Positions 8,249 to 16,142 of a stretch of DNA of 17,317 nucleotides are shown here, in pieces. The first letter of the stretch is position 1. Each line of letters starts with the position of its first letter. The DNA is taken from positions 1 to 17,317 of the forward strand of contig JBDKRC010000293.1 in assembly GCA_039683575.1 (NCBI GenBank), written 5' to 3'. Made by a program: the position numbers and the translations under genes. The DNA is from Armatimonadia bacterium (GTDB taxonomy: Bacteria > Armatimonadota > Zipacnadia > Zipacnadales > UBA11051). The notes beneath the pieces were generated by a model. That model was given only the letters and a program-made list of their open reading frames with translations. It searched no databases and was not told the DNA's origin.

Positions 8249-9238
8249 TCATATTTCACGTTTGACGGACGTTTCTTCCCCCACGCACGCACCCTTCAGC
8301 CACCTCTCCCCCCACTGCTTCTGCAGCACCAGCGCCTTGAAGAATAGCCTGGCTCGCCGCCTTAGCGGCTCGTACAGCGCCAGCGTTATCACCGTCCCGA
8401 GCATTGCCCCCACAAACCGCAGCGAAGTCCCGGCCAGCCCCAACGCCCTCGCCATCTGCCCCTCCAGCGGCCCGGAGTGCAACCGGAAGTAACGCGCCGC
8501 GGCCAGATTGTACGCCGCGATCATCTCGGCCCGCGCCTGGCGCGAGCTCGCTCCATGATGGTGCATCATCCGCGCGCCCGGCACGTATGCCAGCTTCCAC
8601 CCGCCCCGCCGCAGCCGCAGGCACCAGTCGCTATCCTCACAGTACATGAAATAGCCTTCATCAAGCTCTCCCACATCCCGTAGCGCCTCTCCCCGCACCA
8701 GTAGCGCCGCCCCATGCAGGTGCGCCACTCCCTGGTATGCACAAGCCCCAGGCTGTAGGGCGGGGGCCTGTACCCCGCCGCGCTTCCGCCAGACCTTATC
8801 CACCATCAACTGCTGCCGCGCAAACTCCCCGAGCGAGAATCCCTCGCCCCAAGTCTCCTGAACCCTCCCATCCGGCAGCACCAACTCCGGCCCCGCCATG
8901 CCCACTTCCGGGTCCTCCGCCATCACCCGCTGCATTTCCTCCACCGATCCCGGACGGACCTCGATATCCGAGTTGAGAATCAGCGCGTAGTCTGCCGCTA
9001 CAGCCCGCAGTCCCTGGTTCACAGCCGCTGCATAGCCCACATTGGCTTCGTTCGCTATCATCAGAGCCTGCGGGAACTCCTCCCGCACCATCTGCACACT
9101 CGCGTCCGCTGAGGCGTTGTCAACCACCACGACCCGCAGCCCCTCCGCCGGCACATGCGCGAACACCGACTGCAGGCACTCCCGCAGCAGGTCCACCGTG
9201 TTATAGCTAACAACCACCACCGTCAGTGTCATAGTCAC
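8249..9238 (-). CDS. Glycosyltransferase family 2 (WbbL-like), paralog of 4430-5410
   Basis: VVVVSYNT, VVDNASADAS, LILNSD, HGAALLVR, YFMYCEDSDWCLR; start GTG 9238 or ATG 9232. Confidence 0.9.
   Translation of the reverse strand: MTMTLTVVVVSYNTVDLLRECLQSVFAHVPAEGLRVVVVDNASADASVQMVREEFPQALMIANEANVGYAAAVNQGLRAVAADYALILNSDIEVRPGSVEEMQRVMAEDPEVGMAGPELVLPDGRVQETWGEGFSLGEFARQQLMVDKVWRKRGGVQAPALQPGACAYQGVAHLHGAALLVRGEALRDVGELDEGYFMYCEDSDWCLRLRRGGWKLAYVPGARMMHHHGASSRQARAEMIAAYNLAAARYFRLHSGPLEGQMARALGLAGTSLRFVGAMLGTVITLALYEPLRRRARLFFKALVLQKQWGERWLKGACVGEETSVKREI
8755..8779 (+). repeat. GTAG-tagged REP-like unit inside the GT2 CDS
   Basis: GTAG-GGCGGGG-gcctgta-CCCCGCC; read as RGGVQAPALQ on the coding strand. 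Confidence 0.6.
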
Positions 9239-9246
9239 AATCTCTC

Positions 9247-9293
9247 ATGGAGGGGCCGAATGTGCAGCCTCACCGCACATTCGGCCCCTCCAT
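9247..9293. repeat. Perfect 19-bp inverted repeat (GGAG-GGGCCGA family) filling most of the adh-GT2 spacer
   Basis: ATGGAGGGGCCGAATGTGC-N9-GCACATTCGGCCCCTCCAT; shares GGAGGGGCCGA with 23-47 and 3253-3277. Confidence 0.85.
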
Positions 9294-9296
9294 ATC

Positions 9297-10292
9297 TCAC
9301 ATTACCAGTACCGCTGCCCCGTCTATCTCGCTATGCTTCAAGGCCGCGAGCGCCTCATTCGCCTCTTCGAGCGGATACGTCACCACGCTCGTCCTGATCC
9401 CCACCTTCTCTGCCTCCGCCAACAGCTCCCGCACATCCTCACGCGTGCTGTTGGCCGCGCTACGCAACGTCCGCTCGCCATACAGCAACCCATAGTCCAT
9501 CTCTGGTATCGGCGACTGGTAGATTCCCGCGCAGCAAACCGTCCCGCCTGGCCGCAGATGCCGGAGCGCGGTCAGCACCACCGGCCCGGCTGGAGTGAAG
9601 TTGATCGCGCTATCCACCGGCCCCGGCGGCTCATCATCCAGGCCCCCAGTCCACTCGGCCCCAAGCTCCCACGCCAGTTGGCGATGGCTCTCTTTGCGCG
9701 TGAACACATAAACCGGGCACCCCCAACTCACCGCCACCTGGATCGTGATGTGCGCTGACCCGCCGAACCCATAGATTCCAAAGACATATCCCGGCTTGAG
9801 CTCCGACAGCTTCAGTGCCCGGTACCCAATTACCCCTGCACAGAAGAGCGGCGCCGCCTGCGCGTCAGAATACCCGTCGGGCAGTCGATAGGTGAACTCC
9901 GCCCGCGATACCATGTACTCGGCATAGCCCCCATCCACATGGTATCCGGTGAAGCGCGCCTCGGGACACAGGTTCTCCTGCCCCCGCTGCCGCCACAGGC
10001 AGTCCTCAGGCGTATCATGCAGCCATGGCACCCCAACCCGCTCCCCCACCTCGAAGCCTTCAACGCCTTGCCCCACCTGCGCGACCTCCGCGACCACCTC
10101 ATGCCCGGGAATCACCGGCAGCTTCGGCAGGTCCAACTCCCCTTCAACAATATGCAAATCCGTCCGGCAAACCCCACAAGCCCGAAGCCTCAGCAACAAC
10201 TCCCCCTCTCCCGCCTCTGGCCTCTCAACCTCCCGCGCCTTCAGCGGCCTCTCCTCCGCCAACCCCACCTTCTCCAACACCATCGCCCTCAT
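9297..10292 (-). CDS. Zinc-dependent alcohol dehydrogenase family protein (MDR superfamily)
   Basis: CGVCRTDLH, PGHE, APLFCAGVIGY, GIYGFG; start placed at ATG 10292 (MRAMVL). Confidence 0.92.
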   Translation of the reverse strand: MRAMVLEKVGLAEERPLKAREVERPEAGEGELLLRLRACGVCRTDLHIVEGELDLPKLPVIPGHEVVAEVAQVGQGVEGFEVGERVGVPWLHDTPEDCLWRQRGQENLCPEARFTGYHVDGGYAEYMVSRAEFTYRLPDGYSDAQAAPLFCAGVIGYRALKLSELKPGYVFGIYGFGGSAHITIQVAVSWGCPVYVFTRKESHRQLAWELGAEWTGGLDDEPPGPVDSAINFTPAGPVVLTALRHLRPGGTVCCAGIYQSPIPEMDYGLLYGERTLRSAANSTREDVRELLAEAEKVGIRTSVVTYPLEEANEALAALKHSEIDGAAVLVM

Positions 10293-10317
10293 CACACCAC
10301 GCCCTCTCTCCCGCCGT

Positions 10318-10353
10318 ATCCTCCCCATCCTTGCCTCTATCCTTCACATCCTT
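10318..10353. repeat. Four ATCCT(T) (AGGAT) units at 9/12/9-nt spacing in the sulfatase-adh spacer
   Basis: Units start at 10318, 10327, 10339, 10348. Confidence 0.55.
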
Positions 10354-10366
10354 GAATTCCTATATC

Positions 10367-11689
10367 TCAGTCCTTCGAATCCACTTCCCTCAACCCATCC
10401 TTTTCCACCTCCACATACCGCCCAAACCACTCCTCCATCTCGCCCTTAAGCTCCCGCACCCTTCCTGCCTGCCCCTCCACGCCAATCAAATTCTCCCTCT
10501 CCTCCGGATCATTCACCAGGTCAAACAGCTCATCTTCCGCATACTCATGCCGGTACACATACTTCCACTCTGCCGTCCGGATCATCCGCACCGGCCCATA
10601 CTCATCGAAGATGACCACATGCTCCCGCTCGTCCTGCTTGCCCTCTAACTGGCCGAGCATGCTCCGGCCCGGCAGATTCTGCCCTTCCGGCGCCTCCAGA
10701 CCCACGTACTCAAGCACGGTAGGCAGGAAGTCATACGCGCTGACCATCCCCTCGACCACGTGCCCCTCCGGGAGCCTCCCCGGTTGGCTCATCACAAACG
10801 GCACCCTGATCGAGTTCTCATACATGTTCCGCGGGTAGGTCCCGTTGCCTTTGCCCCAGAACCCGTGGTGGCCGCACGAAAACCCGTTATCGCTGCCGAA
10901 CACTATCAGAGTGTCGTCGCGCAGCCCCAACTCCTCCACCTTTGCCACAATCCGCCCGATGTTGTCATCCATGGCCGTCACGGACGCGAAGTAGCCCTGA
11001 AGCTGGTCTCGCCGTCCCCACGCGTGCTCGGTCAACCACGTCGCCCCCGGATGCTTCGGCTCCTGGGGGCATGACTCGAATGGGCAGTCGTCGTACGACC
11101 GCACTATCTCCTCGGGATGATGCTCCCACGGGCTATGCGGCGCCGTATAGCCCACATAGAGGCAGAACGGGTCCTGGTGGTTGGCGTTCAGGAATCCTAG
11201 TGCCTCATCGGTGATGACATCAGTCACATACCCCGGCTCCGTATATGGCGCCCCGTCTCTGATCATTGGCGCGCCATAGTACGGTCCTCCGCCCTGCTGG
11301 TGGCAGTACCAGAACCCGAACCCGTGCTGCGGGTTCATGCTGTCGCCCATATGCCACTTGCCGCTCAGGCCGCAGGTGTAGCCATTCCGCGCGAGCACGT
11401 CCGTCCACCCGACCTCTCCGGCCAGGAATTGCCTCGCCCCGTCCCCCATGTTCTCGTGGTGAATCCACTGGTGAACGCCATGCTGAGACGGTATGCGCCC
11501 CGTCAGGAGCGACGCTCGCGCTGGCGAGCAGACCGGCGAGGCACAGAAGAAGTTCTGGAACCTCACCCCTCTGTCCGCCAGCGCGTCAATATGCGGCGTC
11601 CGTATCTCCGGGTTCCCATAGCACCCAGCGGCCCAGGGCCCCTGGTCATCGGACAGGATGAAGATGATGTTGGGCCGTTCCCGACTCAT
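10367..11689 (-). CDS. Sulfatase (formylglycine-dependent, Cys-type), probably cytoplasmic
   Basis: RPNIIFILSDD, CSPARASLLTG (CxPxR), GKWH, PHSP, SDNG, ELFDLVNDP; no signal peptide from ATG 11689. Confidence 0.93.
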   Translation of the reverse strand: MSRERPNIIFILSDDQGPWAAGCYGNPEIRTPHIDALADRGVRFQNFFCASPVCSPARASLLTGRIPSQHGVHQWIHHENMGDGARQFLAGEVGWTDVLARNGYTCGLSGKWHMGDSMNPQHGFGFWYCHQQGGGPYYGAPMIRDGAPYTEPGYVTDVITDEALGFLNANHQDPFCLYVGYTAPHSPWEHHPEEIVRSYDDCPFESCPQEPKHPGATWLTEHAWGRRDQLQGYFASVTAMDDNIGRIVAKVEELGLRDDTLIVFGSDNGFSCGHHGFWGKGNGTYPRNMYENSIRVPFVMSQPGRLPEGHVVEGMVSAYDFLPTVLEYVGLEAPEGQNLPGRSMLGQLEGKQDEREHVVIFDEYGPVRMIRTAEWKYVYRHEYAEDELFDLVNDPEERENLIGVEGQAGRVRELKGEMEEWFGRYVEVEKDGLREVDSKD

Positions 11690-11713
11690 GCCTATCGTCT
11701 CCCAGTTTGTTCC

Positions 11714-11852
11714 GTAGGACGGGCGTCTCGCCCGTCTCAACAACCCGCGTGGTGCGGGCATCTCGCCCATCCGACCCGCCGCCGAAACCGCAGCCGCACG
11801 AGCGGCTTCCAGCCGCGAGATTCCGCCACCAGAGCCCGGCTTCCAGCCGGGC
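11714..11852 (+). repeat. Intergenic cluster of four REP-like palindromes of two types
   Basis: GTAG-GACGGGCG-tct-CGCCCGTC (11714-11736); GTGG-TGCGGGCATCTCGCCC (11749-11768); GCGGC-TTCCA-GCCGC (11802-11816); GCCCGGC-TTCCA-GCCGGGC (11834-11852). Confidence 0.75.
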
Positions 11853-11885
11853 GGGCACCGCAGCCCATCCCGCTTCCCTTGACGC

Positions 11886-12230
11886 CTACCCCGGCGGCCA
11901 CCCCATCGCCCGCCCTCCCAGCAAATGCACATGCAGATGCTCCACCGCCTGCCCGCCATGCTCCCCGCAGTTGATCACCAACCGGTACCCATCCTCCTCC
12001 ACGCCTTCCCGCCTCGCCACCTCCGCCGCCACCCACACCAGATGCCCCACCAGTTCCTCCTTCCCCTCGCCCACCTCCGAAACCCGCCCAATATGCTCCC
12101 GCGGCACCACCAGCACGTGCACGGGCGCCTGCGGGTCAATGTCACGGAACGCATACACCCGCTCATCCTCATAGACCATCGCCGACGGTATCTCCCCACG
12201 CACGATCTTGCAGAACAAGCAATTGGACAT
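11886..12230 (-). CDS. hinT: Histidine triad (HIT) nucleotide-binding protein / purine nucleoside phosphoramidase
   Basis: CLFCKI, AFRDIDPQAPVHVLVVP, HLHVHLLGGR, WPPG; GAGGAGG RBS. Confidence 0.93.
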   Translation of the reverse strand: MSNCLFCKIVRGEIPSAMVYEDERVYAFRDIDPQAPVHVLVVPREHIGRVSEVGEGKEELVGHLVWVAAEVARREGVEEDGYRLVINCGEHGGQAVEHLHVHLLGGRAMGWPPG

Positions 12231-12256
12231 GACCTAGCCTCCTCATAGCGCCGTCA

Positions 12257-13039
12257 CTAATGGTGCCGAACGATGTACACCGTAACCAGATCCTGCGGGG
12301 TCAGATCGGCAAACAACTCAAGGTATGCAGGCCCCCGAGTATACTTGGCCCACGCAGCAATGAACGCTTGGGCGGATTCTGGATGCCAGTTACTCAGGCC
12401 CATGTGCTCTGCAAAATCCATGCCCGACCACACATCGCGAGAAATCTGAAGACGCGGCTGCCCGACTTCATTTGGAACTAGAGCCGCGAATTCAGTCTTC
12501 ACAAACCGCACCAGCGCATCGCGCGGTATCACGATTCTGGCCGCCGTAACCGGATCCAGGCCCAATTCGGCCCGCGCCTCCAGGAGCCGTGTTCCCGGTG
12601 GAAACTCCAACTGCAGGCGGCGCTGCAGGCCCTCCAGGCTGGCGATGCGCGTTGATCCAGGAGCATGCCTGTACACCGTGGAGCCCGGAACAAGGAGAAG
12701 CACTGCTGCCAATGCCGGGACGATCAAGAACAGCCCACCTCGTCTGCCGTGCGGCCTGCCTATGATGCCGGCGATCAAGACGATTAGTCCACTCAGCCCC
12801 AGCAGCACCCACCCATCCTGAACAATGCGCACCGTCCAGAGTTGTGCGTCGCGCCCGCCGAAGGCCAGCGGGCGCAGGTCGTACATCTGGATCAGGCCGA
12901 CGTTTCTGCCACTGAACATGCCCTCGAAATAGAGTCCGCCCCACACCACGAATGACCCGAGCATCAAGATCAGCCCGCCAACAACATAGGCAGCGCGCAT
13001 GGCCTTCACTTTGTCGCCATCAGTCGTTGCCTCTATCAT
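12257..13039 (-). CDS. Hypothetical membrane protein B (3 TM plus C-terminal soluble domain), paralog of 13224-13967
   Basis: Three hydrophobic segments, then IASLEGL..FPPGTRLLEA..WHPE..ELFADL..TVY; start uncertain (13057 TTG, 13039 ATG, 13000 ATG). Confidence 0.75.
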   Translation of the reverse strand: MIEATTDGDKVKAMRAAYVVGGLILMLGSFVVWGGLYFEGMFSGRNVGLIQMYDLRPLAFGGRDAQLWTVRIVQDGWVLLGLSGLIVLIAGIIGRPHGRRGGLFLIVPALAAVLLLVPGSTVYRHAPGSTRIASLEGLQRRLQLEFPPGTRLLEARAELGLDPVTAARIVIPRDALVRFVKTEFAALVPNEVGQPRLQISRDVWSGMDFAEHMGLSNWHPESAQAFIAAWAKYTRGPAYLELFADLTPQDLVTVYIVRHH

Positions 13040-13046
13040 TAGGCCA

Positions 13047-13200
13047 TCAACCCTCAACGAGGCTCTTCACCTTCCCCAACGCCTCCGCCGCCGTCGTCGT
13101 CGCCGTAAACTCCAACCCCACATATCCCTCGTATCCGAGCTCCGCGATCTTCGCGAACACGTTGCGGTAGTTGATCTCGCCCGTCCCCGGCTCATGCCGC
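13047..13200 (-). pseudogene. Orphan 3' fragment of the hyi-family gene (50 sense codons plus TGA)
   Basis: 13065-13200 aligns ungapped to 14013-14148 with 14 mismatches in 136 nt by manual count; encodes RHEPGTGEINYRNVFAKIAELGYEGYVGLEFTATTTAAEALGKVKSLVEG-stop; no in-frame start codon. Confidence 0.9.
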
Positions 13201-13223
13201 TGCTCGTTGCGCCGCCTCCGTCC

Positions 13224-13967
13224 TTAGAAGATGGCAAACAGAAAGTAGACCGTAGCGTACGACGGCTTGCTCAGGTCGGCAACTAGTTCTTTCTGAACCT
13301 GGCCGTCAAATGGGCCTGCTGCAAACACGAAGTCTTTGAGCTGTTCAGGATGCCAGTCGCGCATGCCCAGCCCGCTAGTCCAGTGTATGCTGAAGGCCAT
13401 GTCAGAGCGCGAGATGCACGGCTCGTCGTCCCGCTCTGTGGAGCCGCGCTCCGTGAAACTGCCCCTGATAAAGGGCATCAGTTGCTCTTTGGGCATTCTG
13501 AGCTTCGCCGCGAGCGTCCAGTCCATCGCGTGGTCCACTTTGGCCTCCAGCAGTTCCGTCCCCGGCGGGAACTGCATCTTCACCAGACGGCCCAGCCCCT
13601 CCACCGTCGCGATTGGGGTAGGGTTGGCGTGCGGGGGCGACAGCAGCCCGGCTGCCGCGAGGAGGAACAGTGCCGGCAGGCAAACTAGCCCGACGCGCGC
13701 CGCCATCCGCAGCCGGTCTGACCACCGGCCAAGGAGCAGGAGCCCGCTCAGCCCCATCATGATAGCAGCCACAACCGGCGCTTGGCTCCACGCAAGCTGC
13801 CCCGCCTCCGTGGCCGCGGGATAGGGCCGCAGGCTGTACTCAATGATGTGCCGGGCCGTGCTCCAGTCAAAACTCTGGACCAATAGCACACCGACATACG
13901 CGAACGGCGCCAGCGCTAGCGCAAGCGCACCAACTACTATCCGCAGTACGCGGAGTGTACGGTCCAT
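13224..13967 (-). CDS. Hypothetical membrane protein A (3 TM plus C-terminal soluble domain)
   Basis: 247-aa ORF, AGGTG RBS-like sequence upstream; IATVEGL..FPPGTELLEA..WHPE..ELVADL..TVY. Confidence 0.8.
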   Translation of the reverse strand: MDRTLRVLRIVVGALALALAPFAYVGVLLVQSFDWSTARHIIEYSLRPYPAATEAGQLAWSQAPVVAAIMMGLSGLLLLGRWSDRLRMAARVGLVCLPALFLLAAAGLLSPPHANPTPIATVEGLGRLVKMQFPPGTELLEAKVDHAMDWTLAAKLRMPKEQLMPFIRGSFTERGSTERDDEPCISRSDMAFSIHWTSGLGMRDWHPEQLKDFVFAAGPFDGQVQKELVADLSKPSYATVYFLFAIF

Positions 13968-14000
13968 TGCTTCACCTACGCGAGGGCCAGGGGTGCGCGG

Positions 14001-14765
14001 CTACACCTTCCCCTTCACCTTCTCCATCGCCTCCGCCGCCGTCGTGGTCGTCGTGAACTCCAGGCCCACATACCCCTCAGAGCCGAGCTCCGCGATCTTG
14101 GCGAACACGTTGCGGTAGTTGATCTCGCCAGTACCCGGCTCATGCCGCCCCGGCACGTCGGCTACGTGGAAATGCCCGATTTTGTCGATCCCCGCAGTGA
14201 TCCGGTCGATCAGGTTGCCCTCGGTAATCTGCTGGTGATAGATGTCATAGAGCAGCTTCACGCGCGGGCTGCCGACCTCGTCCAGAATCTCGAAGCCCTC
14301 GTCCGAAGTCGCGAGATAGTAGCCCTTATGGTTCACGAGGACGTTCAGCGGCTCCAGAACCAGCGTAATTCCCGCTGCTTCCGCATACGGCGCAATGCCC
14401 TTCAGCCCTGCCACGACCGCTGCATGCTGCGTCGCCCGCGGCATACCTTCGATTTCCTGCCCGGTCGTTACGATCAATGACGGCACGCCCAGCCGCTTGG
14501 CCTCATCGATCGAGGCCTTGGCATCCTCGACCCACTCGGCGGTCGTCTCCGGGTTCACCAGCGCGGCATCGGTCTGTACGCAGAAGCCCGCGATCTTCAC
14601 CCCAGCCGCGTCGGCTTTGGCCTTGATCGCGTTCAGGTCCTTCTGCTTCCAGCCCCAGAACTCGATCCCGGGCACCCCTGCGGCGGCCACCGCTGCCGGC
14701 CGCTCCAGGATATCGAGGTCGGTGAACAGCATTTCGATGCAAACAGAGAATTTCAGCCTAGCCAT
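14001..14765 (-). CDS. hyi: Hydroxypyruvate isomerase family protein (xylose-isomerase-like TIM barrel)
   Basis: FSVCIEMLF, IEFW, LEPLN, LLYDIYHQQITEGN, HFHVADVPGRHEPGTGEINY; start at ATG 14765; exact substrate not determinable from sequence. Confidence 0.88.
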   Translation of the reverse strand: MARLKFSVCIEMLFTDLDILERPAAVAAAGVPGIEFWGWKQKDLNAIKAKADAAGVKIAGFCVQTDAALVNPETTAEWVEDAKASIDEAKRLGVPSLIVTTGQEIEGMPRATQHAAVVAGLKGIAPYAEAAGITLVLEPLNVLVNHKGYYLATSDEGFEILDEVGSPRVKLLYDIYHQQITEGNLIDRITAGIDKIGHFHVADVPGRHEPGTGEINYRNVFAKIAELGSEGYVGLEFTTTTTAAEAMEKVKGKV

Positions 14766-14863
14766 GTTCAAACACCGCCATTTTTGGTTTTGGTCGCTAC
14801 GCCACCTCATTTCCCCCACTCGCCCGCCACTACCTTCTCCGCTCGCGCGTCTGGTCGTCCTCG

Positions 14864-14887
14864 GGAGTGTGGGCCTCCCGGCCCGCA
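14864..14887 (+). repeat. GGAG-tagged REP-like palindrome
   Basis: GGAG-TGTGGGCC-tccc-GGCCCGCA. Confidence 0.5.
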
Positions 14888-14930
14888 TCCGGCGGCAGGG
14901 CCAGGGCTCGTGCCGGCCGCGACTGCCCAG

Positions 14931-14970
14931 AGAACAGAAAGACGGGGCGCTCAATCTGAGCGCCCCGTCT
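14931..14970 (-). terminator. Probable intrinsic terminator downstream of ftsZ
   Basis: 14-bp perfect stem AGACGGGGCGCTCA/TGAGCGCCCCGTCT (14940-14970), 3-nt loop, followed on the minus strand by TTCTGTTCT, about 24 nt after the stop. Confidence 0.7.
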
Positions 14971-14993
14971 GTTATCTCCGCTTCAGTGCCGCT

Positions 14994-16142
14994 CTAGCGG
15001 CGCCGCAGGAACGCCGGGATGTCAATGTCATCCTCGTCGTAGGTCGGCTCTTCCTGGAAAGGAGTGCGCTTCGGCTGCTCTTCCTTCACTTCGGGCTGGG
15101 GCTCGGGAGCCGCTGCGACTGCCGGAGCCGCCGCGCCCGGGGCCTCGCGCTTCTCATCAGCCTTGGCCGGGGCCACCGCGCACTCCTGGTTCTCAAAACC
15201 AGTCGCCAGCACGGTGATTCGCACCTGCCCCTCCATCTTCTCGTCAATAACCGCGCCCATCGTCACGTCGGTCTCATCGCCAGCGCCACAAGCCGCTTCC
15301 TGCACAATCTGCGCCGCCTGATGAATCTCGTCCAGCGTCAGGTCCGGTCCACCGGTGACGTTCAGTAGCACCGCGCCCGCGCCCTGAATGCTCGTCTCGA
15401 GCAGCGGGCTGTTGATCGCGGCCTGAGCCGCATCGGTAGCACGGTTCGCCCCTGAAGACTCGCCGATACCCATCATCGCGGTCCCGGCATCGGCCATGAC
15501 CGCGCGCACGTCCGCAAAGTCGAGGTTAATCAGGCCCGGAACAACGATTACTTCGCTGATACCCTTGACGCCCTGCTGCAGGACGGTATCCGCGAAGGCA
15601 AACGCCTGCTGCAGCGTCAGTTCCTTCTCTGACAGGCTCAGTAATCGGTCGTTGGGGATCACAATCAGTGTATCCACATTGGCCTTCAGCCGCGCCAGGC
15701 CCTCTTCGGCCAGCCGCCCACGCTTCTTGCCTTCGACTGCAAAGGGCTTGGTGACCACTGCCACCGTCAAAGCCCCAAGTTCCTTGGAGATCTCCGCCAC
15801 GATGGCGCTCGCGCCCGTGCCGGTGCCGCCGCCCATGCCCGCCGTGATGAACACCATGTCGGCGCCGTCGAGGGCGATCATGATGTCCTGTCGGCTCTCC
15901 TCGGCAGCCCTGCGGCCGAGGTCGGGGTTGCCACCCGTACCGAGCCCGCGAGTGAGTTCGGCGCCGATCTGCAGCTTCTGGTCGGCCGCTGACAAATCAA
16001 GTACCTGGTTGTCGGTATTGACCGCCAGATACTCGACGCCCATGAGGCCGGCTTCGATCATGCGGTCAACGGCGTTCGAGCCGCCGCCGCCGACGCCCAC
16101 CACTCGGATTTTTGCGTATTCCTCCACGTTGGGCCTGAGCAT
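14994..16142 (-). CDS. ftsZ: Cell division protein FtsZ
   Basis: IRVVGVGGGGSNAV, GMGGGTGTG tubulin signature, INLDFAD T7 loop, C-terminal DIDIPAFLRR; AAGGAGG RBS. Confidence 0.99.
   Translation of the reverse strand: MLRPNVEEYAKIRVVGVGGGGSNAVDRMIEAGLMGVEYLAVNTDNQVLDLSAADQKLQIGAELTRGLGTGGNPDLGRRAAEESRQDIMIALDGADMVFITAGMGGGTGTGASAIVAEISKELGALTVAVVTKPFAVEGKKRGRLAEEGLARLKANVDTLIVIPNDRLLSLSEKELTLQQAFAFADTVLQQGVKGISEVIVVPGLINLDFADVRAVMADAGTAMMGIGESSGANRATDAAQAAINSPLLETSIQGAGAVLLNVTGGPDLTLDEIHQAAQIVQEAACGAGDETDVTMGAVIDEKMEGQVRITVLATGFENQECAVAPAKADEKREAPGAAAPAVAAAPEPQPEVKEEQPKRTPFQEEPTYDEDDIDIPAFLRRR

Noticed and set aside
11690-11959. 90-aa N-terminal extension of the sulfatase ORF
   Set aside because: Overlaps hinT, runs through the REP cluster and is low-complexity; the family N-terminus begins at MSRERPNII (11689)
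13047-14148. Prophage/ICE attL-attR interpretation of the hyi duplication
   Set aside because: Only 948 nt between copies and no integrase or mobility gene; cannot be fully excluded as a remnant
13047-14765. hyi, gene A and the orphan tail share one reading frame, separated only by single TAG and TAA stops (possible readthrough fusion)
   Set aside because: About 1-in-9 by chance, no readthrough signal seen, and gene A has its own RBS-like sequence
14790-14835. GGCGTAG / GGTAG motifs upstream of hyi resembling an ops element
   Set aside because: Do not match GGCGGTAGnnTG and are not at the head of the glycan genes
14766-14954. N-terminal extension of the hyi ORF
   Set aside because: Runs through the ftsZ terminator and a REP; homology begins at MARLKFS
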